Assembly: GCA_051294375.1 (NCBI GenBank)
Contig: CM119265.1
Location: 25,924,767 to 25,988,766 of the forward strand
Direction: 5' to 3'
DNA: 64,000 bases
Origin: Paraspadella gotoi
Taxonomy: Eukaryota > Animalia > Chaetognatha
Shown one piece after another: positions 11,501-26,705 of the stretch (positions are counted from its first letter, which is position 1; each line of letters starts with the position of its first letter). The translations under genes and the position numbers were made by a program. The notes under the pieces are model-generated. The model saw only the letters and a program-made list of their open reading frames with translations. It did not search any database and was not told where the DNA came from.

Positions 11501-13668
11501 TCCTCATTCTCCTCCTCCTCTTCTAATGCGTCCTGGTCATCTAAATCCTCTTCCTCTTCCTTCTCTTCCTTTTCGTTCAACCTCTCGTCTTCCTTTCCAT
11601 CCTCGTCTTCGTCCTCCATCATTTTTCCTTCATCATCTCTCCCCTCCTCCTCTTCCTCCTCCACCATATCCTTCTCCTCCTCCGCGTCATCCTTCTCGAT
11701 CCTCTCCTCATCCTCGATCTTCTCTGCGACGGAAGAAGATTCCGCGTCGACGGTTCCAAATTCCCGTCCGCCTTCGGGAATTTCCCCATTTGAGTTGGGC
11801 ACGGATTGTTGAAGCAAACTTTGAAACTCTTCCGCTGAAATTTGAACGAAAAACCAAGGCTCGTATTAAGAAGCTCGAGCGCCAAACTCATTTCTCAGAC
11901 CCCCTACCCGTACCGGGTATCTGAGCCAAAGAAGCCAGCGAAGCCTTGAACAGAGACGACCGCTGGTTGCGCTTCGCCGTCGACTTGCGTATGCTCGATC
12001 GCCGAATTGAGCGGTTGGCCGTTGAAGATCGACGAACGAGAAGGCTGTGACGGGCTTGGTTGCGAAGAGAGAGACGATCTACGCGGTTCATACCCCCCAG
12101 GATAGAGAGAAAATTCAAAGAAATGGTAAATAATGAAAAATAAAAAATAAAACTTACGGGATCGGCTTTTCCGAGGGACAAGGCTAGTCCTCGGCGCTTT
12201 TTCGATCGGAGGTTTTGATTCTTCTATCTTCTCAATCTCGTGTCCGTCGTTGGGATTGTCTTCGTTAAGTTCTACGACGTCGTCCTCGTCGTCGTCATTT
12301 TTGTCGCCGTCTCCACTTTCTCCGACTCGGGGCTGTTGGGGTTTAGGGGAAGTCGTCGAGACGAATGTCTTTCGAGTCTGAATAAAGTAGGTAAGGGGGT
12401 GGGGTGGTAGCGAGAAAGACGAAGGTTTGAAAAGGTCCACCGACGAAGCGTTGAATCACGATTCATCAATCGGAAATGAACTCACGACTCGTTCGGGGGA
12501 AGCGAATTCCGCGGAGAGGTCCGACAACATTCGTTTGGTTTCGAGTTTGACGTTTTTAAGTTTGCTTACGCTAATATCCTCCTCGGAGACCGAACTAGCG
12601 GCCGTCAACTAATGAAACGATTTAAATTTGCTGACGAAAATTAAGCAACTTCCCTGCCCCGACCCGACCGTTATCGGACTTGACATATAGTAATTACTAG
12701 CGATGATAATCATTACAAATCACTAGTATTTATAGATTCATTATTCATTTAGTTAAGATGAAATTTCTCTTATGTATCAATTAAATTCAAAAACCTGTTG
12801 GAACTTCTGAATTGTTTCCTTGACAGCAGAAGATTCAACGTCGTTGAAAATTTCACTTGATGATTCCGTTCTATCGACCGAGTTTTCGTCTTCTTCTAGA
12901 CTCGGCATAGGAATAATATCCTTGGAGTTTTTCTGAAAAGTTTAAAAACCAAAGACAATGTAAATTTCATACAACGCTTTGAGGTCACCGTTTAAAATTT
13001 TAGGGCTTGAGCCATAAGCCAAGCAAACACGCCTTTTCTTAAACGAGCAAACCTTGGGTTCGACCGTTCTCTTCGTGCGAAGTGGTAGTTCCAAAGTCCC
13101 GATGGCCCCGCCGCTTCTTGTCGACCTCCCATCGGATCTGTCCTTTGTCTCCCTATCGATGGGCTCGCCCAAGATATCCTTTATCACTTGGATATCTTCC
13201 TCTACCCCCGTGTCTTCTTCCAAAACGAAGGCCAACTTAGAACGTTTAGCGTTGGCTTCATCTTCTGGCGGGGTGATTCCTTCTGGGCTGGAAGTCGCGC
13301 TCTTCAGAGAAGGACCGCGGCTGTTGGGCGAGAACATGAAAACAATTCTGGCTGAATTTATTCATTCATACGTACATTCAACTAGCTGAAAAGCTCACTT
13401 ATTCACTCGCTCATTGATTCATTCCCCACCTGCCCTTGGAGCCTTTAGTAATGCGAGCCTTCCGCTTATTTTTCATGGAGGGAGTCTTGGGCAGCAAAGT
13501 CAGGTTCTCCGGCTTGGAAAAGGAATTGATAGCCTCGGCCAAGACTTCGTCGAGCCATATTTCGTTTTCGTAGAAATTGGCCTGCTTCGTCGCGAGAAAG
13601 GTTGCGCGCTCGTAGAGGAAGGCCGCCGCCGCTGGAGGCTTCTCCACGCAGGGAATGCTTTGCATCAT
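8508..13668 (-). CDS. INCENP: Inner centromere protein (chromosomal passenger complex scaffold), multi-exon
   Basis: N-terminal WLDEVLAEA...LLPKTPS, acidic/disordered middle, long E/R/K helical region, and C-terminal IN-box (Y.IDDL.S.D.TDD...PRKKIPSWA...DL..IF.....RYFKRGSSGIW). All joins traced are in frame and GT-AG. Confidence 0.92.
9689..9951 (-). ncRNA. Unclassified structured RNA candidate in an INCENP intron (sense strand)
   Basis: GC-rich island in an AT-rich intron with many hairpins (GATGCCC..GGGCATC; CAGTGAC..GTCACTG; GTTGGC..GCCAAC; CAGAGGG..CCCTCTG; GGAACAC..GTGTTCC; GGCGGTGT-GAAT-ATACCGCC). G-U pairs favour the - strand. Ends ACA-CTG-TC-T6. Confidence 0.55.
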
Positions 13669-14800
13669 TGCCGACAAGAGAAAAACCTCCGAGTTTAAGT
13701 CCGGGGCAATCCGCAGTTGGATGCCCCTTTTGCATTAAGAAAATGATTTAACGCTACAAAAGAGAATCCGACCAAGTTTTCTCGGATGGGAAAATAGCAC
13801 AAATTAAAATAAAATCGAATAAAATTATCACCGGTGAATCTTAATCTACGCCTTCGTTTCATTGGGTTGCCTCAAAATAAATTGAGCAACAAATAATTCA
13901 AACATCAACCAGTAAAACAGAGTGGCAATCTCTAACTGAAGGACTCTGGGCCTAACTCACGTCTCACGTCTAACCGAAAAAGTATTGGTCCAAAAAAAGG
14001 GGAGAGAGAAAGAGTGAGAGAGAGGAGAAGATGAACTGAACCAAAACTTGAACGCGACCCCGAATCCCCGTTAGGAGGATGAGGAGGAAAAGAGATCACT
14101 TATAGTGAAGCGCTATTTTCGACTATGATTCGACTACACGAACTTACCAATAAAATCATGATTTCATGATTTTATGAATTCATGCTCCTCATTTACTTGT
14201 AAATACACTCCTGTTTTTCAGAGACATGTTCTTTATGCCGCCCAAATAAGCCCAAATATTGATAAAATTGCGCGTCATTAACCTCTAGCAGCCCTAAAAC
14301 CTTAAAAGCCCGAATGTAGAACAAATTATTTACTATATTTTAGTAGAAAGGAGAAGTTCAACCTAAACAAAGAATTATTATCAAATTCACTGAAAAAGAG
14401 AGAGAATTTGAATTTCATTTCTTACATTTGTAGGCATTTTAGGCTGAGGCAGCAAAAGAAAGTATAAGTTTATAATAAAAAACAAAAAAGAAATAAAAAT
14501 TCCTCAAATTCTAAAATTAATTCCAAGCTGCCGCTTCCTCTGATAAAACCATCGCGAACTGATATCGGTAAAGATTCAAAAGAGCATTTGTTCGCTCCGG
14601 TTTTATAATAAGACCGCTGAAGAAGAAGACTTATATCGCAACGGTAATGTTTATTGAGGAAAAGTCCCTGGCCGGAATAGTATTAGAAAAGAAGGAAGTT
14701 AGTAGAACTCGAGAAACGCGGAGAGTGGACTAAAAGGGACGGATCATCGGAGAGGAGGATGAGGATCGAGGACCGCTCTGCCAGCGTTAATCTGTACACA

Positions 14801-17468
14801 TCACGTGCTAAAAAATGACTCGTCCGAAATGAGCGCCATGGAAACGTTTTCGAGACCAGAAGAGTTTAAGTGCGGGAGATTAAAAAGCGAATTTGAAAGC
14901 CCAGAGCCTCCGCTCTCTTTGACGGCGGGCGAAAAGATAGAGACGCGCGAAGATCGATCAAGATCCTCGAATTGATCGTCACGAACGAGGGGAATCGGGA
15001 GGGAATAGGAGGCGGAGGAGGCGGCGATGACGTCGGCCGCGCAGGAGACGCCCATCGAACGGGCCTCTGGGAAAGAAGCCGCTTCGTTGGGCAGGTCTCG
15101 CGAGTCGTCGAGTTGTAAGGAGAAGGAGGGTTTGATGACTGAAGCCGAGGATTTTTCGAAAACTCTCGAGGCGGGGGCTTCAACAGCTCCGTCCACGTTA
15201 GAGTTGACGTCGAGTCGCGAGAAACGTTTGACGAGCTCGTCGTCGGAAACAACGGCGAAGTTGGCCTTCATTTCCTCGACGATCTCTTCGTCGCCCCGAG
15301 ATCGAAGATGGGCGTTGTCCGGAGGATCGAATTGATGACGAACGGAAACGGGAATTGGGAGATCTTTGCTTCGTTGGGCGTCCTCTCGTAATAACTGTCA
15401 ATATGACAAAAGAGGAGTTTAAAATTTTTCAACAATAAGAGAATATAAAAAATGAAAGCAGCTTTAGTAGATTAAGAACCTCCGAAGCACATCTGTAATC
15501 CAGCTTCAAGTCGACATGCAACTGTTGGAGAGACTCTTGATCCATTGACATCGACTTGCAAAGACTTTGGATTTGAAGCGTGACCTCATGAAGTCGCTCT
15601 TCATCTATGCATTGTTTCTAACATAAAAAAAAAACATTTAAAAAAAATTAAACAAATAGGAAAGAAATCAACATATATACTTACTTTGCAATGAACATTA
15701 AATAGTTGATAACCTTCGAGACAAAGTTTCATGTATTCTTCTACGCTGATCGCCGCCCCCGCCCTGGCCTTCAACCACAAAGATTGTAACTGAAAATGGG
15801 AGACATGAAACCTTTAATTTAGAGTCGACTAAAAAAACCGAGCAAATGCCTTCCAAAAGAATCTAGGCTAACTCGATTGTGAAGAGCGGGGTTCCGATAG
15901 GCGGCGACGTCTCCGAGATTTTCCAAGGTCAACGCCCCAACGGCGGGCGACAACTTTGGGGCCTCCTTGACGCCAACTCGAGAAATTTCTGTTACGTGGG
16001 AATTTTTTAATTAAGACTGCGTCAAATAAAAAAGGCGGGCACATAAGGAAATTAACGGACCGAGAGAAAGTCCCTCGATTCTCTTGAGATGATCCAAAAG
16101 TTCCTCTTTTGAGTCGATGTCACTTTCGTCAAAGTCATCGGCGTCTCCGACCGCGTATTTTTGCCCCTGTTCAAAAGTATTAAATTTAACAATATTATTA
16201 ATATTATAATATTATTAACGATATTATTACAATTCTTTAAAAATTCTAAATTGTAGTATTTGATGTCCGCACATACTCGAGCGAGGGCTTCTTCCAAGCA
16301 TTCAAAGATCTCGTCGCACTGGGTCAACAACTCTTCACCCTCTCGATGGAGCCGCACTTGCGCCTCCGCGTACTCGATCTGCTGTCGATCCACCGAGGAT
16401 TCAACGCCTGCAGCTGAAACCGAAATCTACGCTAAGCATCTATCGAGTTAATGTGGAGTCGAGTAAAGCTTTATTAATTCATTAAATTTGTTTTTTTCTT
16501 CGCAGGACCCCTCCGGGAAGATACATATTCATTTCGTAACAAGTGCTAACATTAATATAGACTATCAAAAGAAGGTTATTAAGCCTTAGCCATAGCCATA
16601 GCCTTAATTTAAGGAAGACGGAGTCTTGACTTAAAATTCTTTAATAATAAAAATGTTCAAAGAAAATAAGGTGAAGTCCTTCCCCCTCTCCTGCCACACC
16701 CAATGCCCTTTTACATCTGAGGCGGGCTCGACGCGTCCTCTTCGTCGACAGCCTTTTGCTTGGTCTGGCGACGACCGGGGCGAAATTGACCTTTCCCGAT
16801 CCGTGGAGACGAACGGCGTCGACGGAGGCAACGAGAGCAGCGAACCTAGCGAGAAGCACCGTGCATTCTTCGCCCCACGCCGACGAATAAGTAGACGGGT
16901 TGAGATCCAAGCTGAGAAGGACCGGGCCCAAACGGCGCGCCTCCTCATTCGCCTCTTTGCCGAGTCGATTCACGCCGCTGGAAATCCCTTGTCCTTTTTG
17001 AAGGTTTTTGAGGGATTTGAATACGGCCGACCTGCGAATGCAAGTGAGAGAAAAGCTTGACGTTTACCAGCGATAGAAACGAGGTTGAAAGCCTCTTCCG
17101 GATGATCCACTACTAACCTGAATTGCGCCTCAGCTTTTTTATTGCCCGGAAGTATGGGCCATATACCAAAAAATATTTCCGAAGTCGCGACAGGATCGAG
17201 TTTGTTCAAGAGAAAGTGCATCAAACACTGAAATGCTTTCGCGTTTGATTTTAAAAACACTTCAGGCGTCAATTCTTCAAGAAAAGGGTAACTTTTCTCT
17301 CGCGCACTTTTCCACTTCAAAATCTCCAGCTGGTCGCAAAGGACGCGTCCAAAACTTTGCCATCGTGTGCTGAGGTAATTAAATAAAAAATTTTTCTCTC
17401 ATTTTTTCAAATAGTTAAATGGTTAATTTTTACCCAAGTTGACGCGATGTCGCGTTAGACCGGATCAT
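14801..17468 (-). CDS. HAUS6: HAUS augmin-like complex subunit 6, multi-exon
   Basis: N-terminal VFLKSNAKAFQCLMHFLLNKLDP...IWPI..KKAEAQFR resembles the HAUS6 N-terminal domain, followed by coiled-coil exons and a Ser-rich disordered C-terminus. The first four junctions were traced in frame. Confidence 0.75.
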
Positions 17469-19090
<1,622 letters not shown>

Positions 19091-19368
19091 GATTTCAAAG
19101 ATTGTCACCTACCATTTTCTGAAAACTTTTTCTTTTAGTTTTTTTTTTTTTTTGATAGAATTTTAAAAAAGTTTTAATTTTATAGTTTTGTTTTCTGAAC
19201 AGTTTTTTTTTCCAAATGAACGGCTGCAAGTTTATATGATCGTCGAATTACTAACTTGAATGAATAGAAAAACAATTCATTATCACTAAAATCAGTTTAC
19301 CGAGAGAAATTCTCACATCCCGTTACAAGATCGATTAAAAAAACATTGAGACAAATAAAATTAAAAAG

Positions 19369-22225
19369 ATGTCGACCTACGACGAGAATCCGTTCGCGGA
19401 CCCCGAGCAAGTCAACCCTTTCGCCGACCCCTCCGTTCAGCAGGCGACGCAGGTAAAATGCCCCGACATTTCCTCGCGTATCATCTATTATTATTATATT
19501 AGTCAAGGCCTCGACCTGAACCTTCCCTCGATCTTCAGGCTTCGCGTCAAAATCAAAACGCCTCGTTGGAAGGTTACGATCCTTTCGGCGGCGGGAAGTC
19601 GGCCGCCGGCGGCGCTTCTTCGCAACCCAACGGAGCCACGCCAACTTCGGTCGCGTCTCCGGCCGTCATGCAGGTTGGCCGGCACAAATTCACTCAATCT
19701 TAAATACAAATTTAATCTAGTATTCCCCGATCTAATACTTACGGGAGTGGTCCTTATATACAAGTAAAACATTTTATAAAAACATACCACTTCATCTTTA
19801 CTCTGTGAGTGAATAAACTAGACTGAGTGATTCTTGATTAAAACCTTGCAGGGTCCTGCTATGTTATTATCTTTTATGAGGGACGGAGGCCAGTAACCAG
19901 TACCCTGTCAAAAGATATTTATTGGGTTAAATTTTACTTTCGCTTGAATGAATTTTTTTAATATTTTATTATTGGTTGTACCAATTTCATACGTAGTCTG
20001 AGTTTAAGTTTATCGACCCCCGGCTCTCAGCCCATCAGCGTTGACGCTCCGCCGGCGCCACCGCCGTATCAGCCGAGCGCCGCTACGCGGGTAGACACGG
20101 AAGACTTGCGACGACGACAGGAAGAGCTCGACCGCAAGGCCGCCGAGTTGCAGGTGAGGCGTCCGGGCGTTATCCTCACCGTTCAACTAGTAGGCGCAGA
20201 ATTCTCAGACTTTCTCAAGTACAGATGTAATTTTTGGAAATTTATTAATCTCCGAAACAGATGTTCCAGACTGAGCAAGACCAAAGATTTATATCGGTGA
20301 GACCGAATGATATCCTTAGTGGTCGAAAGGCTGAAAAAGTAGTTAAATCTCCATTGATTTCTTTCAGTTTGATTTTCTCGTAAATAAACGGATTAGACCT
20401 CAGTGGTGAAAATGTCTTTTGCAAATTTACTTCATTGGTTGGTCCTTAAATCGTGTGTTCGATCAGGAGTTTGTTGGGCCGCTGAATCAATTAAATTAAA
20501 AAAAAAAATTCAGTAATTGTTTAAACTGTTGTCGTTACTTTAATTCTTTCTGTGTTTCAGCGTCGCGAGGAGGAAATGTCACGTCAACAGCAGAATTTGG
20601 CGTCGGGCGGCGGCGTGAACCGCGCCAACAACTGGCCCCCTCTCCCGCATTGGTTCCCGGTGCAACCCTGCTTTTATCAGGTCTGCTTTGCAACTCGTTC
20701 GATGCCGTAGACTTTCGTTGACCAATTTATACATTATTCATGTATATTGTTTAGGACGTCAACGTCGAAATCCCCATAGATTTTCAGCGAATTGTCAAGG
20801 TATCAGTGACTAATGAAATGTAATCCACCAATCGGGTGTTGTATTTGTCCGTTTGCAATCACTTTCAGTAGTTTAATAATTTCTTCAATTTCATAAAATC
20901 AATCTCCTAAAATTGTATGCATGTTCTTTATAATCAATCGGTGACTCTCAATCGTTCCTCTCCCCGCCAGATGGCCTATTACCTTTGGATGTTCCACATC
21001 GGCGTCCTCCTCATGAACTTAGTGGGCGGACTCGCATTTTTGATAGCAGACGGCACAATAACCGTTTTTGGCCTCGCCATCCTCTACATAGTCCTCTTCA
21101 CGCCTTGTTCATTCGTCTGTTGGTATCGCCCGCTCTACAAGGTGCGTTTGGGGTCAGAGTTAACACGGAATGATTCGGCAATAATTATTCGTTTTAATAT
21201 CACTATCAGTAGGGGTTCAATGATTGTGCCATGATGCTCTTCTTTGGAACTTTAAAATCAGCAAAGCGCGGTCTTTAAATACCACATAGTTTGAGTGCAA
21301 TGCAGTCCTTTGTTGCCACGATCAATGACAATTAGTGTTCACCGTGCATTGCTTCTGCAATCTGCAGTTACTAACTGTTAATCCTATTCTTTGGTTCTCT
21401 TTTTGCTCAGGCGTTTCGCTCTGATTCCTCCTTTAACTTTATGGTGTTTTTCTTCGTCTTCGCTGTGCAGGCGGTGTCCTCCGTGATTCAGGTGAGACTC
21501 GTTGTCATCATCATCATGATATTTTAAGTTAATCCAATTCTTTGCTACTTCAGTGTATCGGGATTACGTCTCTGGGAACCTGCGGATTCATCAACGCCAT
21601 CACCATGTTTAAAACGAACGTCGGAGCGGGTAAGAAAATAAGGAAAGGTCTTCGTACGGACAATTGGAAGGGAATATGACCCCGACTAATTTGAAATATC
21701 TCTTTTAACAAATGACGTTTTCTATTACAGCGATTGTCATGCTGATGGTGGCAATTGCCTTCGCGGCGGCGGCCACCGCAGATTGTCTCCTTATTCTCCG
21801 GGTTCACAGGATTTACCGGTGAGTTAATTGAGTCATTAATTGTAGATTGAAGAATGTCAAATAAAAATTTAAAATTTAAATTTAAAAATTTACACGGCTT
21901 AATGTAACTTCGGTGCAAATATTTTTATTATTTTCGTCCTTTCATTTTTGGCTCATTTAATATCTTCAGTTCATCCGGTGCGTCGATTTCCAAGGCGAGG
22001 GAAGAGTTCACCACTGGAGTCATGTCCAACAAAAACGTCCAAAGTTTCGCCGCTGATGCGGCAGCCGGCGCGGCCAGGTCTTCTTTTGTAATATAGTTGT
22101 ACTATTTATCGATTACAATTTTCGTGACAATTATAACGATTATAATGAGTTTTAATTTTCTTGTGTTCAGAAATGCTATGTCCAACCCTCCCCCGCCGGC
22201 CGGAGCGCCGGACAACCGTTACTAG
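19369..22225 (+). CDS. SCAMP: Secretory carrier membrane protein, multi-exon
   Basis: N-terminal NPF repeats (ENPFADP, VNPFADP), coiled coil [27 protein letters not shown]-peptide [18 protein letters not shown], four TM segments. Introns are GT-AG. Confidence 0.97.
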
Positions 22226-23135
22226 TCGCCCGAACCTCGCAAGGTTCTAATCTATCGGTTGCAATCTGTTTTGGTCCCCGATGTGAGTCGCTCAGAAGTC
22301 ACTAAATTATCGTAAAAATATATTATAATTTAATTTATCTTTCAACAGGTGCCGCGAGCCGCATAAGAATAGCTAAACTACATAAAATAAAATAAAAATT
22401 GTATCCGTTACAACTTTGGTTTGTATTTCTTCGATGCTACGCTCTCTCTCGGCGCCGTCTTCTCAAATCACCATGTGGCATGGCTTTTACGTTCTACCGT
22501 AACATTACTGTCTATTCGTTTTGATATTAGCGAGACTCTGAATAAATTTAATCTTTTCTTATCCTTCTTCGGAACTTTTGTATTTGGCCTTTACTGCTCA
22601 GGCGACAGAGAATAAAGGTTGAATTAGATAAACATTTTGAATGACTTTGCAGTTAGCTTCATTTTTGTATTAACCCGTTCTCTATAAAATACAATCACTC
22701 AATTCGTAGGAATTTGTCCGTTGTTAATTTTTATCTCTGGAGGTATCGGAGAGTAAAAATCAAAAAGAAATTGGACGTTCGTTCGTTGCTATAATTCTTT
22801 GACGTTCGGTGCAGAAACAAAAGATATTTCTCTCAGCTTCGCCCCATCGACTCCAGGCTTTTCTTTCATTCATGATCCCGCAAAATCCGCCGATGATGAA
22901 ACCTTTCGCAGACTGGGACTCTCCCCCTCGCGCTCTTCCTACTCGCGGCGTCTTCGACGAATGAGCGAGTTTCTTTGTTTCGTTGGATCGAGGAGCGAAC
23001 GCGCCGGCGGACGAAACCTCGTGGCTCGAATTTGGCTTTTGTAAGAGCTCCGAGGAACAACTGCGACGAAATACATCGACATTGACGCTGTTTCGGAGAT
23101 TAGCCGGAACTCTCGTCCGGGGCGTGGAGCCTTGC

Positions 23136-26092
23136 ATGGTGTCCCCGTTGTCCAAAGGGATGGCGGCCAAGCCTCTCGTCAACGGAGCCACGGACGGACG
23201 GGGCCCCTTTCTCATTGGGGTGGCTGGCGGGACGGCCAGCGGGAAGGTGAGGCTGGTGGGAGGATTAGGAGATGGAACTAGCAATTATTTATTATTATTT
23301 ATTTAATTATTTCTTTTATAAAATATTTTTGGAACAATTCTGAAATGGGCAATTTTTTTTTTATCGGGTGTGACAAACATGAGCTTTTGTAAATGGGCAA
23401 TGTATGGAAGTTGAGGAATAACATTTTTTTCTCACGTGTTCCAGACTTCTGTTTGCTCACGGATCATCGAACAACTCGGACAGACAGACTTATCAGACAG
23501 ACAGCGAAAGGTAAGTAACATTTGAGAACTTTTATCAAGTCTTCACATGACATGACCAATGACCATTGGTGACTAACTCGTCCTCCATTAGGTTGTCTTG
23601 CTCTCGCAAGATAGTTTTTACCGCAATTTGGGGACAGAGGAGAAGAAATTGGCTTTCAAGGGCGAGTACAACTTTGATCATCCAGGTGGAACAACGATAT
23701 TATTGTATACATGTCGTTATGCAGTATTATTAATAATAATATATCATCCAGATGCCTTCGATTTCGATCTCACCATTCAAACAATGAAGGACATTCAAGC
23801 GTCAAAAATCGTTCAAATTCCCAAGTACGACTTCAAAAGTCACCAACGCCTCGACTCGGAGGATTGCAACACAATCTATCCAGCAGGTTTCATATTTTGA
23901 AATATTTTAAATATAGTTTTTTGCTTGTCTAATCTATAAGTTTTTTTTTAATTTTTATTAATCTATTGATCCTTCAATAATCTAACCATTATGACCCGTA
24001 TTTCCCGGATGCTGTAGAATCAGGTCTGTGCCAAGATTTTTTCCCCTTTTTTTACGAAACGCCATGGTTTCTATTCTGCTTCTAATTCTGTTTTTAACTT
24101 TAAAAAATATAAAAATCACAGGCTTACCATCTTGGAAAATGAATAAGTCGCCGAAACCTTTTCTAGTTTCAGTAACTTTATAGCTTTTTATTTAAAAATT
24201 AAAAAAAAATAATATACCAATATAAAAAATGAGCCTTTTCTGTTTCAAATGAGCCTATTTCGAACATAATATGATTAGAAATACCAGAGTGAGGCATAAA
24301 AAATAGGTATATAAAAATATAGTTTTGAAATCAAATCGTTCAATATTGAAATAATTTTTTTTATATAAGTGAATATTTATTAATATAAAATTGGAACAAC
24401 GAATATAAAAATTATCCATTCATTTAATAAATAAGCTATCTTGCCCCTGACTTTGGATAGACTTTGGTGGTTTAAGGCTTTCATCACTCTTACAAGATAA
24501 TAATACTTCTAATACTTAATATTAAAATTTAATGTATAGATCCAAACCTTCAGAGGCTGTATTATGTATAAATATAATAATTTATAAAAAAGATGTTATC
24601 ATAATCTGTTTAATTGTTTATGGTTAATTATTATAAAAATTGAGGGCTAAATATTTTGTACCATCCTTCACTTCATTAAAACTTCATACCTATGTTTTTA
24701 ATCGTATTTTACCAAACAATAGCTCACTCGAATCATAGAAAGCTAAATTTTAAAAATGTATTGTTTTCCCCGCGATTTTGGTATTATAGGGGGCAAAAGT
24801 TAGTCCAAAGTTTAGGCGACTTATTCATTTTCCAAGATGGTATTATGTGAAATGAAACATATGACATATTTACAGATGTGGTGCTCATGGAGGGAATTCT
24901 CGTCTTTTACAATCAAGAGTTGCGCGACATGTTCCATGTAAGGATTTTAGAAATTTGTTTAGATTGGTCAGTGGTCATCCGGAATGAAATCGTTTTAATT
25001 TTGTTTTTTAGATGAAGCTGTTTGTGGACACCGACCCGGACACCCGTTTATCTAGGAGAGTTCTCAGAGACATGTCCGAACGAGGTTTGATCTCCTTCTT
25101 TTGCCTTCCCCCCTTATTTTTTGCTTTCACGTTTTTTGTTTTTATTTGACTTGACTATTGATATGCCGGTCGTTCTTTTTTGTAAATGAATGTGTGTGAA
25201 TTTTTATTTTTTTTTGTGGATGTTTTATTAAGAAACTGGAAAGAATTTAAATGCCAGACTTGTTTCGGTTATCGAGGCTGCTTATAGAAAAAAAAAAAAA
25301 AAAAAACATATAAAAGGTAATAATTACAAAAAATAAAAACGGCAAATCGCCTTTTCAGACGTCATTTTGGTGTTTTTGTGCCAAAATTATCGAAAAAAAA
25401 TTTTACTTATTTTTTTTGGACAGGTCGCGATTTGGAGCAGATTTTGCATCAGTACACCAATTTCGTCAAACCTGCATTTGAAGAATTTTGTCTACCGGTA
25501 AAAAAATTTTTTGAATATTTAAATTTCAGAATATTTAAATACCCATTTGTTCGAGTTAGCATTGTAGACTGTAGCGAAATTCTCAAAAAAAATCTAAATT
25601 AAAAATTAAAATTTAATATAAATTTTTAAAAACTGGATAACTTTTTTCGTTTAGTGAAGTCTGCCTGAGATAAAATGGCCTAAAATTTTGGTTTCCTCGA
25701 TTTAGTCTAAGAAATATGCGGATGTCATTATCCCGAGAGGAGCCGACAATCTCGTTGCAATTGACCTCATCGTTCAACATATACAGGTTAGTAATATTTT
25801 AATTTTACTTTTTATTCTTTTTTGTGAAATCCTTTCTTTCGTTAACGTTACACATTACACAATCTTTCAAATCGCATTTAGGAATTGCTGAGGGCGAATG
25901 GAAATTCCCATTCTCACTCTCGCGCCGTTCATAGCGGTCGAGTAAACAGGTAGTTACTATTGTGTAAACCTTCCTAGTTCAGGCCTTATAGGCTTTAACT
26001 AACGTGGCTAACTTACTACATATTTTTGTAATTCTTCTTTAAGGAACCGCGCGCGACACAACTCTGATTCCCAAGTCGGTCGTCCGCACTGA
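23136..26092 (+). CDS. UCK: Uridine-cytidine kinase (UCK1/2 type), multi-exon
   Basis: P-loop [88 protein letters not shown]-terminal RPH*. Confidence 0.97.
24127..24840. mobile_element. Non-autonomous TIR element (TA target site) in a UCK intron
   Basis: Perfect 26-bp TIR core ccatcttggaaaatgaataagtcgcc at both ends (about 34 bp with 2 mismatches), flanked by TA. The interior is AT-rich and non-coding. Confidence 0.88.
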
Positions 26093-26705
26093 AACTGATC
26101 TGTCTTCTTTAAATGATCATTCCATCCCGTTTAATTTAAAAACATGACACCTTTAGATTACCGAAAAAAGTGATTTTTATTAATACAAAATGTTGACAAC
26201 TTTTCCAGAATGACGTAGCATAGAAAATGAACCGATTAAGTATTTCTTTACAATTATTAGAGAAAAAAATCCCAATTTTATGTAAACAAAATGTCTTGAT
26301 CTGGTATTGCGGATACGAAATTTAAAAAATTTCATCCTGATGTGATTAATTTTACAATTAATGAAAAATCTGTAATATACAATGAAAAGTGAAAGCTGCT
26401 TTTAATTCAATGATACTAAATAATTCTAGTTGATTCTTTGATTGGTTTTTTTTTAATGTTTTTTGTTGTTTTTTTCTGTCCAGAAAGTAACGAAAATGCA
26501 AATGTGATCTTTTAATATTGCACGACACTAGACAGTTTTGGAAAGTCAACAAATAAATAGCTCGATCGAATGAGAACATTTTCGAGACTCGACTTCATCT
26601 TTTAGTGGAAAACTTCAAGGTAAAAATGGGTAATCTATGTACAAGTATGTATTTCGGACTTGGAAAGTTGTTGAAGATATTCGAAAGGTATGCAGTAGAA
26701 AGAAG

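Noticed and set aside
10063-11924. + strand Leu/Ser/Pro-rich ORFs
   Set aside because: They are antisense shadows of the E/K/R-rich INCENP exons.
20270-20335. Hammerhead ribozyme in a SCAMP intron (CTGAGCAA..GAAA)
   Set aside because: The core deviates from CUGANGA and there is no stem III or cleavage triplet.
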